DNA of 64,000 bases, taken from contig CM059443.1 in the NCBI GenBank assembly GCA_030390025.1, forward strand, positions 23,312,001-23,376,000, in the 5' to 3' direction. Position 1 is the first letter of the stretch, and every line of letters starts with the position of its first letter. Source of the stretch: Squalus acanthias (lineage: Eukaryota). The notes below the pieces were generated by a model. That model was given only the letters and a program-made list of their open reading frames with translations. It did not search any database and was not told the origin of the DNA. Below, in pieces: positions 1 through 11,260 of the stretch. The position numbers were made by a program, and so were the translations under genes.

Positions 1-607
1 TTTAGTGCTGAACAGCATTGCTCTTGTGTGATGCTTCCCTGAAGTATCGGATCATGATTCAGGTGTGAATTGCACATCTCCCTGAACTTCTGCTTTCACT
101 CCATATATTTATTGAAAAGCTGTCTCAAGCATAGAATTCTTTGAGGGTGACTGTGACCCCCAAGCAATTATCCCATTGTTCACAAAGATGTTATGACAGT
201 GAGATTCTGATTGTGTTTCAATCTTGAAAGAATCTGCTCAACTTCAAAAGTAGTCTAAAACAAGAATCTTCATGGTCAGCATTTCAGTATATAATTGGGT
301 GCAATGTACTACAGCAAGTGTTATTTCAGAAAGTTACCTGATAACCCATCAGCCTTATCACTGGTGCTGTATAGTATTTTGTCTAGAGCTTTGCTTCTGT
401 GAATCATTCATATTGTAAATAAATCTGCTTAAGCCTATACTAAATAGTCTAGTGTTGATATTTTTCACCTAACAGACAACAAAGTGCATATCTATCTTAC
501 TACCCCAGTAAACAATTTGCTGTTTTCAGGGTTAATTGTTAGACCCAGGCAGTAAGTACAGCAGTGTGAGATGTGCTCTGGTGATGGAAAAAGATCAAAC
601 AATTTGA

Positions 608-930
608 AGAACTTGCATTTACATAGCACGTGTCATGACCCGAGGACATCCCAAAGTGTTTCACACCCAATGTACTTTTGAAGTGTAGACACTTTTAATG
701 TATGGAAACTCAGCAGCCAATTTGCACACAGCAGGGTCCCACAAACAGCAATGAGGTAATGACCAGAAAATCTGTTTGTGATGATTGAGGGATAAATAAA
801 GGCCACAACACTAGGGAGAACTCCCCTGCTTTTTGAATCATGTCATAGGATTGTTTTACCAGAGGAGGAAAACAGGACCTTGGTTTTTAACTTCTCTTCC
901 AAAATACAGCATTTCTGACAGTGCAGCACA
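608..930 (-). mobile_element. Degenerate SacSINE1/DeuSINE-like SINE
   Basis: Shares aacttgcattta-atagcac...acatcccaaag...ttttgaagtgta...gcagccaatttgcacaca with the copy at 2199-2435. Confidence 0.6.
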
Positions 931-979
931 TCCTAAGTGTGTCAAAAATAAAATTTGTAGTGTAGTCACTTGTAATATA

Positions 980-1985
980 TAACCAAGGTGTTGGTGTCAA
1001 TAAAAGCGTACCAGTGATAATTCTCAGTAGAATTCAGCTGGACATCGACGGATTTGATATGCGGACTTGATAACTATGCTGTAGAGTACACCAGGGTTAG
1101 TGCTGCTGTACGGAGGATTGGAGGATTTGAGCATCTGCTCCCCATGTGGATCCGGCGAGTTTCTGGATCAAATTGACACTCTTTAGTTTCTTCCCAAGGT
1201 TCTGGAGATATCTATGTGACTCCTAAATAGTTTTTTTTGGCATGGTTTACCTCTGCACGGCAGGAGACGACTTTCAAAGCTTGGTTTGCTTGAGGGGTGT
1301 TGGTGGAATATCGAGGGGACGGTCTTTTGCAGGTTTGGCCGAAGTCACCATCGGCAGAAGTAGGCCTCCATCCTCTATAAATCACTGGTTAGGGTCTCTT
1401 CGGTGATGGACCGATTCATGTTTTACGTGGCCAAGGTAATGTCATCAGTGTATACGAACTTGCAGGACTGTTTGGGGCAGGTCACTGGTGTAAACGTTGA
1501 ATAACATGGGTGCCAGGACAGAATCCTGTGGGAATTCGATGTCCTATATCTGCTCTTCTGGGTGCCAGAGTACACACGGAAGCGTCAGTTGCTAAGCATA
1601 GAGTTGAGAAGATGGATCATTGTTCTGCAGGGTAAAATGGTGGAGAGCTTGAAAAGCAGTCTATGCTTCCGTACTCTGTCACACACCGCCGACAGGTCCA
1701 CGAGTGCTACAGCAGTCTTGAGCTGGTGCTAGAAGCCTGCTTCGATGTGCGTCGTTAAAGCTACCACTTGGTCGCAGCAGTTACAGCTGCTCCAGAAGCC
1801 CGCTTGCTCCTTAGGAATAGTTGGCTCGATGATGGGGGCTAGTCTGTGGAGTAGTAGCCTCTCCAGTACTTTATAACAAGTGCAAAGTAAGGAGACTAGG
1901 TGGATTATTCCCCTGCTTCAGGAGGGCAATTTTAGTCTCCCTCCAAATAGGTGGAATTTTACCAGTTGCCAGTACCTCAGAAAAA
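980..1985 (-). mobile_element. Decayed Vingi/Ingi-like non-LTR retrotransposon RT fragment
   Basis: Minus-strand frames give SLLCTCYKVLERLLLHRL...EQAGF...DQVVALTTHIEAGF...VDLSA, LAPMLFNVYTSDLP, FVYTDD and VDVQLNS..RIITGT...TPWL, with frameshifts and stops. Confidence 0.7.
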
Positions 1986-1989
1986 GTGC

Positions 1990-2178
1990 CGTGGGATTTT
2001 TACATCCACCTGAGGGGGCAGACAGGGCCTCGGTTTAACATCTCATCCTAAAGACGACACTTCCGATCGCTGCACTGGAGTGTCAGCCTAGATTTTGTGC
2101 TCAATTATCTGGAGTGGGATGTGAACCCACAACCTTCTGAATCAGGTGAGACTGCTACCAAGTGAGCCACAGCTGAAC
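1990..2178 (-). mobile_element. SacSINE1-like SINE 5' half with tRNA-derived head
   Basis: Minus strand begins tcagctgtggctcacttggtagc...gaaggttgtgggttcacatccc (A/B-box-like), followed by a Deu-like core. Confidence 0.65.
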
Positions 2179-2198
2179 CTGCAAGACTGCATGCAGTA

Positions 2199-2435
2199 AG
2201 AACTTGCATAAAGCACCTTTCACATCCTTAGAACATCCCAAAGTATTTCACAGCCTATTAATTACTTTTGAAGTGTAATCATGTACACAGGCAGCCAATT
2301 TGCACACAACACAATAAATTATAGTTTATCTGTTTTGCTGGTATTGGTGAGGTGTGGATGTTGCCAGGACACAGAGAATGCCCCTGCTTCTCTTTCAATT
2401 GTGCTATGGAATCTTTTACATCCACCCAAGTAGGG
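2199..2435 (-). mobile_element. SacSINE1-like SINE 3' half
   Basis: Homologous to 608-930. Confidence 0.55.
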
Positions 2436-2729
2436 AAGACTGTAAGCATTTTTGTTTACCATCATTTGACTGTAAAGGTGAAGAATATTCAGAAATGATC
2501 AAATTGTACTGTACAGAATTACTACTGCTGCAACTGTGGCACAATTGCATCTACAGGCAATGAAAATAATTTGGAATCGAGTGGATAGGTTGCAGATTCG
2601 ACAGTAAAGCTGTGCAACACCACATGCAACTGTGACTTCATTTGTTGTTTAAAAACAGCTGATGGAGTTGGAATTTCCTACAAGTGTTGTAGTACTAAAA
2701 ATATTTTTTGCAATAATACACAACCATTT

Positions 2730-5700
2730 ATATATTTAGAAATACACAACTTTATTAAAAAGCAAAAAAAAACCTTAAAAGCATAATTTCTTGGCAAAGC
2801 AAACACCAGAGACAAAATTCAAGAATAATTTGGGGGTAAAATGTCAAAACTGCCAGGTTGAAGAAAATTTATTCATCCAAAAAAACATTTTAGTAGTAGT
2901 AGCAACTTAACTGGATTTACAGTACTTTACAATCCTAGAAAAGGGTGGAATGGCAAAAAAAATTAAAGAGCAGTTCCACTATAACATTACATACAAAGAA
3001 AAACACTACAAGATCTTTAGAATGCTTGCCATGTAACCTTCACAAATTTCACAAAATTTAATAAGCACTAGGCCATTGTAATCACAAAACATCCCTTTCC
3101 CTACCAAACAGTATATGCACCAAGTCTACATTATGAAAAATTTGAAAAGCCAACTGAACTGACTGTCAATATGAATATCTAGTTATATTTCAAATTCTAC
3201 AGCCATGCCAAAATAGTAACAAGCCAATTCCTGAGCGATATCAGCTTCTCATCTGTACATATTGAATGACTTGTGTATATTCACTGAGTTTTTAAATAAC
3301 CACAGATTTTATTTCCTTAACATTGTGTTTATTTAGGACAACATTTTTTTTATTCTTCCACACCAAGCAGCATTGTACAATATAAGCTATAGCCACAAAG
3401 AGAGACGGTATGGTACAAGTGCAAAGAATATCTGATTCATCTTCCACTTGTGTATTTAAAGGTAACGTCCATCTTACACAGGATACATGTAGCCTTCTGA
3501 TCCAATACTCCAAACTGATGAAAACCTATGTCCGAGATGCCAAAAGCTTATATGGAGTTTAAAATAAGGGGAGTCTGGAGGCAAAACATTTACAAAGTTC
3601 AGATTCTTACACCTCACAACGAAGGTATTTTCTTTTCAATTCAAGAAATTTGCAGAATTATTAACAGTCCTAACTCCTGTTTGTAAACATTTTGGGGATA
3701 TGTGCCCGAAATAATCAGGAGTCTTAACACTATATTGTAATCCCCTTTATCATATTCCACAATCACAGCACACTTCATATTTATGGAATTTATTGCATTT
3801 TAATTTGTATTAACTGTGTGGTTAATTTCAAATAAGCATAACAACCCATGTAATCTCAACTGAAACAGGCTACTTAATGCACCATTTACATGAAGTTGCA
3901 AAATTTAATAAAATATGAATTTAGACATTTACATATTCATTGTTTTAAATGCTCATTCAGAATGCAGTGCAAGAGGATTAAAATATACTTGTATCTCAAT
4001 TGTTTTTCCCAACATAAGCATTTAAAAAAATGTAAAACTATGTTCAAATACCCTTGTGCATGGGGGGCGGGGGGAGTGAAAGAAATATGTAAAATACAAT
4101 TAACATTTAAAATCCAGCATATGATGGACATTACCTTTCAGTGCTGAAAGATGTCATCTGTGCCTTGATGGTTCACAGAAACAGTTGAAAAGGGTTAGTT
4201 TCCTTTTTCCGAACTATTAAATGTACGATTTTGTTACGAACAGGAAAAAAAAATGTCCTCCAATGTATTTGGGTATACTAAAGAAAATTAGGTAATAGTT
4301 TCTAATATATCTCAGGCATTTTGGTAATATATATTAAAATAATAGGTATTACTTTGTACAGAAGATTTTCCTTACAGTAAACTGAACTTGATAAATAGTG
4401 TACAGATCACAATAGATGTTTAATTTTTAAGGGGCAATCTCATTTACAGTTTCTGCATGATAGAGGCACCCCCGATGGATTGTACAAACTGATTTTTGAC
4501 TGCTTATGAAAAGCAGTTTGTTTATTACTATAAACCAACATAAAATGACATAAATGCACCTTTTTTCTATTAAGTTATATGGCTCAGTTTTCACAGCACG
4601 TAATTACACCTCAATATACCTACAAATTTAAGGCTACTTATGAGAACATCCTGCCATTGTTTTGATGTTTTATAGTTACTGGTTAGCTAGCTATCTACCA
4701 AGTACGAGTGTGGATTTTGTCACATTGTACAAAAATGAAGTCAAATTTATAATTGACTCATCAGCTTCCTATATATGCTTCCATGAAATTACTGGGTAGA
4801 ATGTATTACCCAAATAATCCATCTGCAGTCAACAGTCAAAATCACTGGACTCTACAAAGTAGGTTCTATGGGATTGAAATCCAACCAAACACCATATTAT
4901 TGGATAATTCAGATTTCATACTCTTGTAGTGTCTATTTCAATAGAACAGTACTCTGGATTTTATTTTATTTGACTTGTTGCACCTCAAAAGCAGAGTTTA
5001 TAACACCTGATAACTATTGCATCTGTACCAGTAACAGACTAAAGGTCTAATTTTAGTCAACTATTTCCTAGTTCAATTACCCTCCTCTTAGCTATTTCAA
5101 AAAGGAACACACAAAAGATTGCGTTCCAGTAATCTTTATTCTTCCCAAGAAAGATCTCATGACACATTTCATGGGGTCTTGCCCAGGAATACGTCAGAAT
5201 AGAGAAAGGGAAGTAAAACTCTCTACAGTACTATGGTATGGTATTTTAAACTTGAATAAATATTAGTTTCAAGTAAAAGGTCAAAACATTAACATGACTA
5301 AGCACTGACGCTAGTAACCAGTCAGTGGAAGGTGTCCAATCAGCGTTTGCACTTGAACACTTACTACTTCAACTATATTGTGCATAATGTAGCACTGAAC
5401 ATGTACCTGTAGGACATGTGTCACTATTTTAGTGCTAGTCATGCATCAAGGTGCATGCACATTGGAGGACCATCAAACTCAACTTCTCGGAAGAACCACG
5501 ATTCCCCCATACTGTAAAAAGCCAACATTTCTGCTCACACTTTTACAAGCTTTCATTTTATTACGATTACTCAGTCACAAACTCAAATTCCCACAGCCAC
5601 CACTAAAACTAAACAACCTTCTGGACATTCCAAAAAGCAAACACAGTTAATTCCCTCAGGTAAAATACAACAGTTTTTTAAACTGCAATGTGGTTTCAAA

Positions 5701-7150
5701 ACAGTCAGCAGAACTGAAGAATAAGTTTCCTCCCCCCCTCCCCCCACTTTATAGGTTTTATATTTACTTAACATGCTGGATAATGTTTTAAAAAAAGATA
5801 TATGGGATCCTGTGTGCTGCACTGCAATAAATACAGGGCATGTGAATCAGCTCCACCTGGAGACAGACAGCACAGCTCTTTGCTGGCCTAAAAACATTTA
5901 AGTCACCCTCAGTTACATATTCTAATCATTTTATTATACTTACAAAAATGCTTGGCATTGGTCTTACTGCTGTTTGGTTAGTGAATACAATTACATTAAA
6001 AAAATTACTGCAATTTCTTTGCTTCAGACCTTTAAAAACAGCTTTTTAAATAATTTGATAAAAGAAAAAACCATGTAGCTTCAAGCACAATCCAATGTTG
6101 AATTTTTTTAAACCAGAAAGTTGAACTTTTGTAAGGATATTAAAAAGCTTGATGTACTTTTTAAAACTGCATTAGTAAAGATGTCCCACCTTGAATGTAT
6201 AAAACTTTGTGAAAAAGAAATTTTTTAAATACATTTTTAAAATGACCTACAGTCTTATGAAATCCCACTGCATTTTAAATTTTAGTCTTCCTTTTCACAT
6301 TTTGCTCTCTTGGGTTGTTTATACATAATACATATTTCTTGAACAAAATGTGTAGGTAAAATTTACACTTCATTGTATACTAAGTTTACCAGAAAACTAA
6401 TGTGCTATTGCTTACAATTAAAATTACACACAGCAATAATTCAAATGTATAATAAATCTTTATCTAATGGTATTAGATTACATTGTTTTCAACGGCAATT
6501 TACAATGCTATAAAACACCATTAAATTAATGAAAAAAGGACAGTGATGACAGTATTTGTGTTATCATGAACTACCACTTAACATACAAAAAGACCAGAGA
6601 CAATCGGAGGAAGAGAAGAGCAGGATCGTACTTGTATAAAATAAACTGAAGGCGGCTGAGCAACATTTGCATCAAGTACCAAACTGTTAACAAGTGATGC
6701 AAAATATTACAAGGATATCACCTGTTGCTGAGCAACTCGTCTCAGCTAACAATTCAGTTTTCAACCTTTCAGAATAATAAGCACCAGGGATCAGAACCCA
6801 CAGAGGCACAGTTCGTGATGGTTAAAATAGCACCAACAGCAGGCTAACAAATGAATGCTGGTGTGCGCTGCACTTCACACTTCAAGCCTCTATAGGCTTG
6901 CTGGAACAATGACTAGTCCCAATCACTTGGAAAAAAGATAAATAGTTTCTAAAACACCATACAACAGGAGCCAATTTTTTTGCAGCAACACTAAAACCAA
7001 TTCACAGTAGAATGTATTTGCTTTTATTTTCCAGTAGTAAAGAAGCAAAACAATGTTTGCAGGCCACTCAAGCACCTTTTGTTTGATGGAAGTGGATGAA
7101 GTTGGTCCACATTGTCCTTGCATAGGTCACATTGTTTTGAGGTAGAATTC
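2730..7150 (-). other. DOT1L: Putative long DOT1L 3' UTR
   Basis: AT-rich, no recognisable TE over ~4.4 kb, unlike the introns; ends near a minus-strand AATAAA. Confidence 0.6.
2751..2756 (-). promoter_or_regulatory. Candidate distal polyadenylation signal
   Basis: Plus-strand TTTATT = AATAAA on minus, followed by GU/U-rich sequence (gttgtgtattattg); repeats resume shortly beyond. Other TTTATT hexamers exist more proximally. Confidence 0.5.
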
Positions 7151-7158
7151 CTAATTAC
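7151..7158 (-). CDS. DOT1L: DOT1L short-isoform terminal exon, coding part (..G-N-stop)
   Basis: Strong polypyrimidine tract ctttttcccttctatctctag|GT AAT TAG. Joined to exon 27 (phase 1) it gives ...GGTAGGN*, like the canonical human end GGTVGGN. Confidence 0.88.
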
Positions 7159-7813
7159 CTAGAGATAGAAGGGAAAAAGTACATTATCTATCTTCCGTTA
7201 GTAACTGCAACATATTTCAGATTTAAAAACTAATAATTCCCCATTCACCTTTAAGCATCAATGACAGCAACTCTATTCAACAGTTTGATACAGATTATCA
7301 ACTATTAAGTTTGGAGATTCACACACCCCAGGCTTAAATTTAATACTAGCTGAACAGCAAAATGTTAATGAATTTTTCATTTTAATGAGCAAACTTCCAC
7401 TTAAGGCATCAGTATCACAATAAAGATAGGTCTTCAACCGATCATATGAAACCCAAATGACTAGTCAGACTGTAATACTGAATTTTAAAATACCATGACA
7501 ATTAATATAAAGCCAGGACATTATTGTTGCAACTTAGTCTTGAAAAGCAGTTCTTTTTATTGATGGAGATATCTGTATCTGCATTTCTGTTTTAAGCACA
7601 TGCACACACTATACCAAGAAAAACAGACCATTCCTAAACCATAAATGAGACATTCTAGATGTCTTAATTTTACAAAATTGTCCAAGTTTTTACACTGCTA
7701 GAGTTTGCATTTCATCAAGATATCACAAACATAGCTGTACACATTGATAAATTGTGTTAACCTTGCACATTTTTCTAACCTTACCTTATAAGACTGATAA
7801 AGTACGCAAGTTC

Positions 7814-8400
7814 TTATCGAGGCTTAACCCCAGAGAAATGTGTAGCATAAGGAGGCTGCATGCCAAGTGTGACCCACATTGCAGATGTATTTGTGCTGGA
7901 CTGAGGAATGGGAGGTGCTGACTGAGCAAGCGCTGAGCGTGGCAAAGGTGGGTGATGCACTGTGAAGGAAGGGTGAGAAGCTTTGGGCTGCAAAGATGCA
8001 AGCTTCATGGCTAATGCAGTGTTAGCAGATTGAAGCGAAGCAGTTGAAGAGGAGCAAGAAATGGATGACGGCAAGTATCCATCGCTAACAGAGGACATAT
8101 TCCGGAAAAGGGAAGGATCAGAACTGTTTGAATTTAACAGTGGAGGGGGAGGTGGTAAGGAAATATTGGGGGGAGGTGTGTTAAGCACAGACTGCATTGG
8201 TGCTCGGGTAAGGTAAGGGGCCACTCTGCTCTCAGTGGAAGATAATGTACTGGAAGAGATAGAAATAAATGAATGGGAAGTAGTAGGAACAGACTGTAGT
8301 GGGTTAAAGCTTAACATCGTGCTACTAGATACTGGAACATTGCTGAAATTGGCTCCAAACTGATGAGAAGAGACTGAAGGCACCACATGGTTAAAAATAC
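7814..8400 (-). CDS. DOT1L: DOT1L long-isoform C-terminal coding exon (exon continues as UTR to a donor at 7785)
   Basis: cag|GTATTTTTAAC; (G)IFNHVVPSVSSHQFG...PSFTVHHPPLPRSALAQ...WVTLGMQPPYATHFSGVKPR*. Matches my recollection of the long human DOT1L isoform ending SGVKPR. Confidence 0.9.
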
Positions 8401-9397
8401 CTGAAATAGGAGAGAAAAAAACAGCTCAAAGATTTTTGTCTAGCAGGAAGCAAAGCATCAATACAGCAGCTAAGCCCACACTTGCAGCTTTTTTCAAGCA
8501 AGCACAGTAAAAGCAAAAGGGAAATAGATTTTTTTTTTTAAAAAGCCAAACAATTCAGGTTACACAAAGCATAGCAACTCTCCTTTTCAGTCAATGTCTA
8601 GTATATCGATGGAAAATAAATCTTACTTTTTAATATACAAATGTAAACATAATATGCCATAAATACTTAAAAATGTGATGGTAATATTTGGACCAAACAC
8701 ACTAAAAGATACTTGCCATACTTTTCCTCCTTCCTCTGCCCCCACCCACCAAATTTCCTCTCCTCCCAAATGAGTCAAATACTTGCATCCCTCGAATACT
8801 TTGCCAAAGTGAACGTTCTTGATATGTATGCCTAGATAATGAATGTTGGTAAACTATTCAACCATGGAGGACAACACAGTGAGACGGATCCCTGTTCTCT
8901 CCAGAGGCCCACATGTACTGTCCAGAAAGGGGTCACTGGATGACATTCAGAAACAGGAACTGTGACTGAAGAATTTACTCCCTCACCAGCACAGATCAAC
9001 TGCAGCACTCCCAGTTACTGTCAAAACTCAGTCAGCTAACTCGGCATGGATATGCAATCAACCTGGGAAGATAAATCCAGCACACGACTTGAAGCTAATC
9101 TAGAGCTTGCAGGACAAAAAGGGACATAGGTGCAAACGGGTCAAAAACAAATGCTGACAAATATGCTTCAAGCAAAGACTGATCAGTACCTGGGAACTGT
9201 CTGCAAGGGCAGTGAAAGCAAAAGCTTGAATCAAGGAGCAGTTAGATGATGTGATAGGGAGTCTAGGTTTCTACAGCAGGATGAGCTAGATGAGCTCCCT
9301 CATTTGTACTTATTTGTGTGCAGCTTACATGCTACCCTAGGTGTTGCCTTTACCCCCAAGATCATTGGAAGAGCATCTGGACTACACCTGGTGTCCT

Positions 9398-11260
9398 GAT
9401 TAATTAAGAGGGGGAAAATAGAGTATGAGAGTAAGCTTGCAGGGAACATAAAAACTGAATGTAAAAGCTTCTATAGATATGTGAAGAGAAAAAGATTGGT
9501 GAAGTCAAGCGTAGGTCCCTTGCAGTCAGAATCAGGGGAATTTATAATGGGGAACAAAGAAATGGCAGACCAATTAAATACATACTTTGGTTCTGTCTTC
9601 ACAAAGGAGGACACAAAAACTCCCAGAGATGTCGGGGAACATAGGGTCTAATGAGAGGGAGAAACTGAATGAAATCAGTATTTGTAGGGAAATGGTGTTA
9701 GGGAAATTGACAGGATTGAAGCCTGATAAATCCCCAGGGCCTGATAATCTACATCCTAGGGTACTTAAGTGGCCCTAGAAATAGTAGATGCATTGCTGGT
9801 CATCTTCCAAAACTCTATAGACTCGAACAGTTCCCATGGATTGGAGGGTAGCTAATGTAACCCCACTATTTAAAAAAGGTGGTAGAGAGAAAACAGGGAA
9901 TTATAGCCTGACATCGGTAGTGAGGAAAATGCTAGAGTCCATTATAAAAGATGTAATAGCAGAGCACTTGAAAAACAGTGACAGGATCGGACAAAGTCAA
10001 CATGGATTTACAAAAGGTAAATCATGCTTGACTAATCACTGGAATTTTTTGAGGATGTAACTGGTAGAATAGATAAGGGAGAACCAGTGGATGTGGTGTA
10101 TTTGGACTTTCAGAAGGCTTCGATAAGGTCCCGCATAAGAGATTAGCGTGCGAAGTTAAAGCACATGGGATTGGGGGTAAGGTACTGACTTGGATAGAAA
10201 ACTGGTTGGCAGACAGGAAGCAAAGAGTTGGAATAAACAGGTCTTTTTCCGAGTGGCAGGCAGTGACTAGTGGGGTACCGCAGGGATTGGTGCTAGGACC
10301 CCAGTTATTCACAATATATATTAATGGTCTAGACGAGGGAACTAGATGTAATATCTCCAAGTTTGCAGACGACAAAGCTGGGTGGGCGTGTGTGCTGTGA
10401 GGAGGATGCAGAGAAACTCCAGTATGATTTGGACAGGTTGGGTGATTGGGCAGATGCAGTATAATGTGGATAAATGCGAGGTTATCCACTTTGGTGGCAA
10501 AAACAGGAAGGCAGATTATCTGAATGGCAATAGGTTGGGAAAAGGGGAAGTGCAACGAGACCTGGGTGTCCTTGTGCACCAGTCGCTGAAGGTAAGCATG
10601 CAGGTGCAGCAGGCAGTTAAGAAGGCAAATGGTATGTTGGCCTTCATAGCGAGAGGATTAGTGTCTTGCTGCAGTTGTACAGGGCCTTGGTGAGACCACA
10701 CCTTGAGTATTGTGTGCAGTTTTGGTCGCCTTATCTGAGGAAGGATGTTCTTGCCATGGAGGGAGTGCAGCAAAGATTCACCAGACTGATACCTGGGATG
10801 GCAGGAATGACGCATGGAGAGATTGGGTCGATTGGGCTTGTATTCGCTAGAGTTTAGAAGAATGAGAGGGGATCTCATTGAAACTTATAAAATTCTAACA
10901 GGACTAGACAGACTAGATGCAGGAAGGATGTTCCTGATGGCGGGGGAGTCCAGAACCAGGGGTCACAGTCTAAAGATAAGGGGTAAGCCATTTTAAGACT
11001 GAGATGAGGAGGAATTTCTTCACCCAGAGAGTGGTGAACCTGTGGAATTCTCTACCACAGACGACAGTTGAGTCCAATTCATTAAATATATTCAGGAAGG
11101 AGTTAGATATATTTCTTAAGGCTAAGGGGATCAAGGGATATGGGGAGAAAGCAGGGACAGGGTACTGAATTTGGATGATCAGCCATGATCGCATTGAATG
11201 GTGGAGCAGGCTCGAGGGGCCGAATGGCCTACTCCTGCTCCTATCTTCTATGTTTCTATG
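9398..11260 (+). mobile_element. 5'-truncated CR1 LINE (ORF2 RT + 3' UTR)
   Basis: KSPGPDNLHPRVLK, DWRVANVTPLFKKG, QHGFTKGKSCLTN, GVPQGLVLGP, KFADD, LVRPHLEYCVQFWSP; frameshifted; ttctatgtttctatg tail. Confidence 0.93.

Noticed and set aside
2105-2178. tRNA gene
   Set aside because: The tRNA-like A/B boxes are the head of a SINE and continue into SINE core sequence; no intact cloverleaf.
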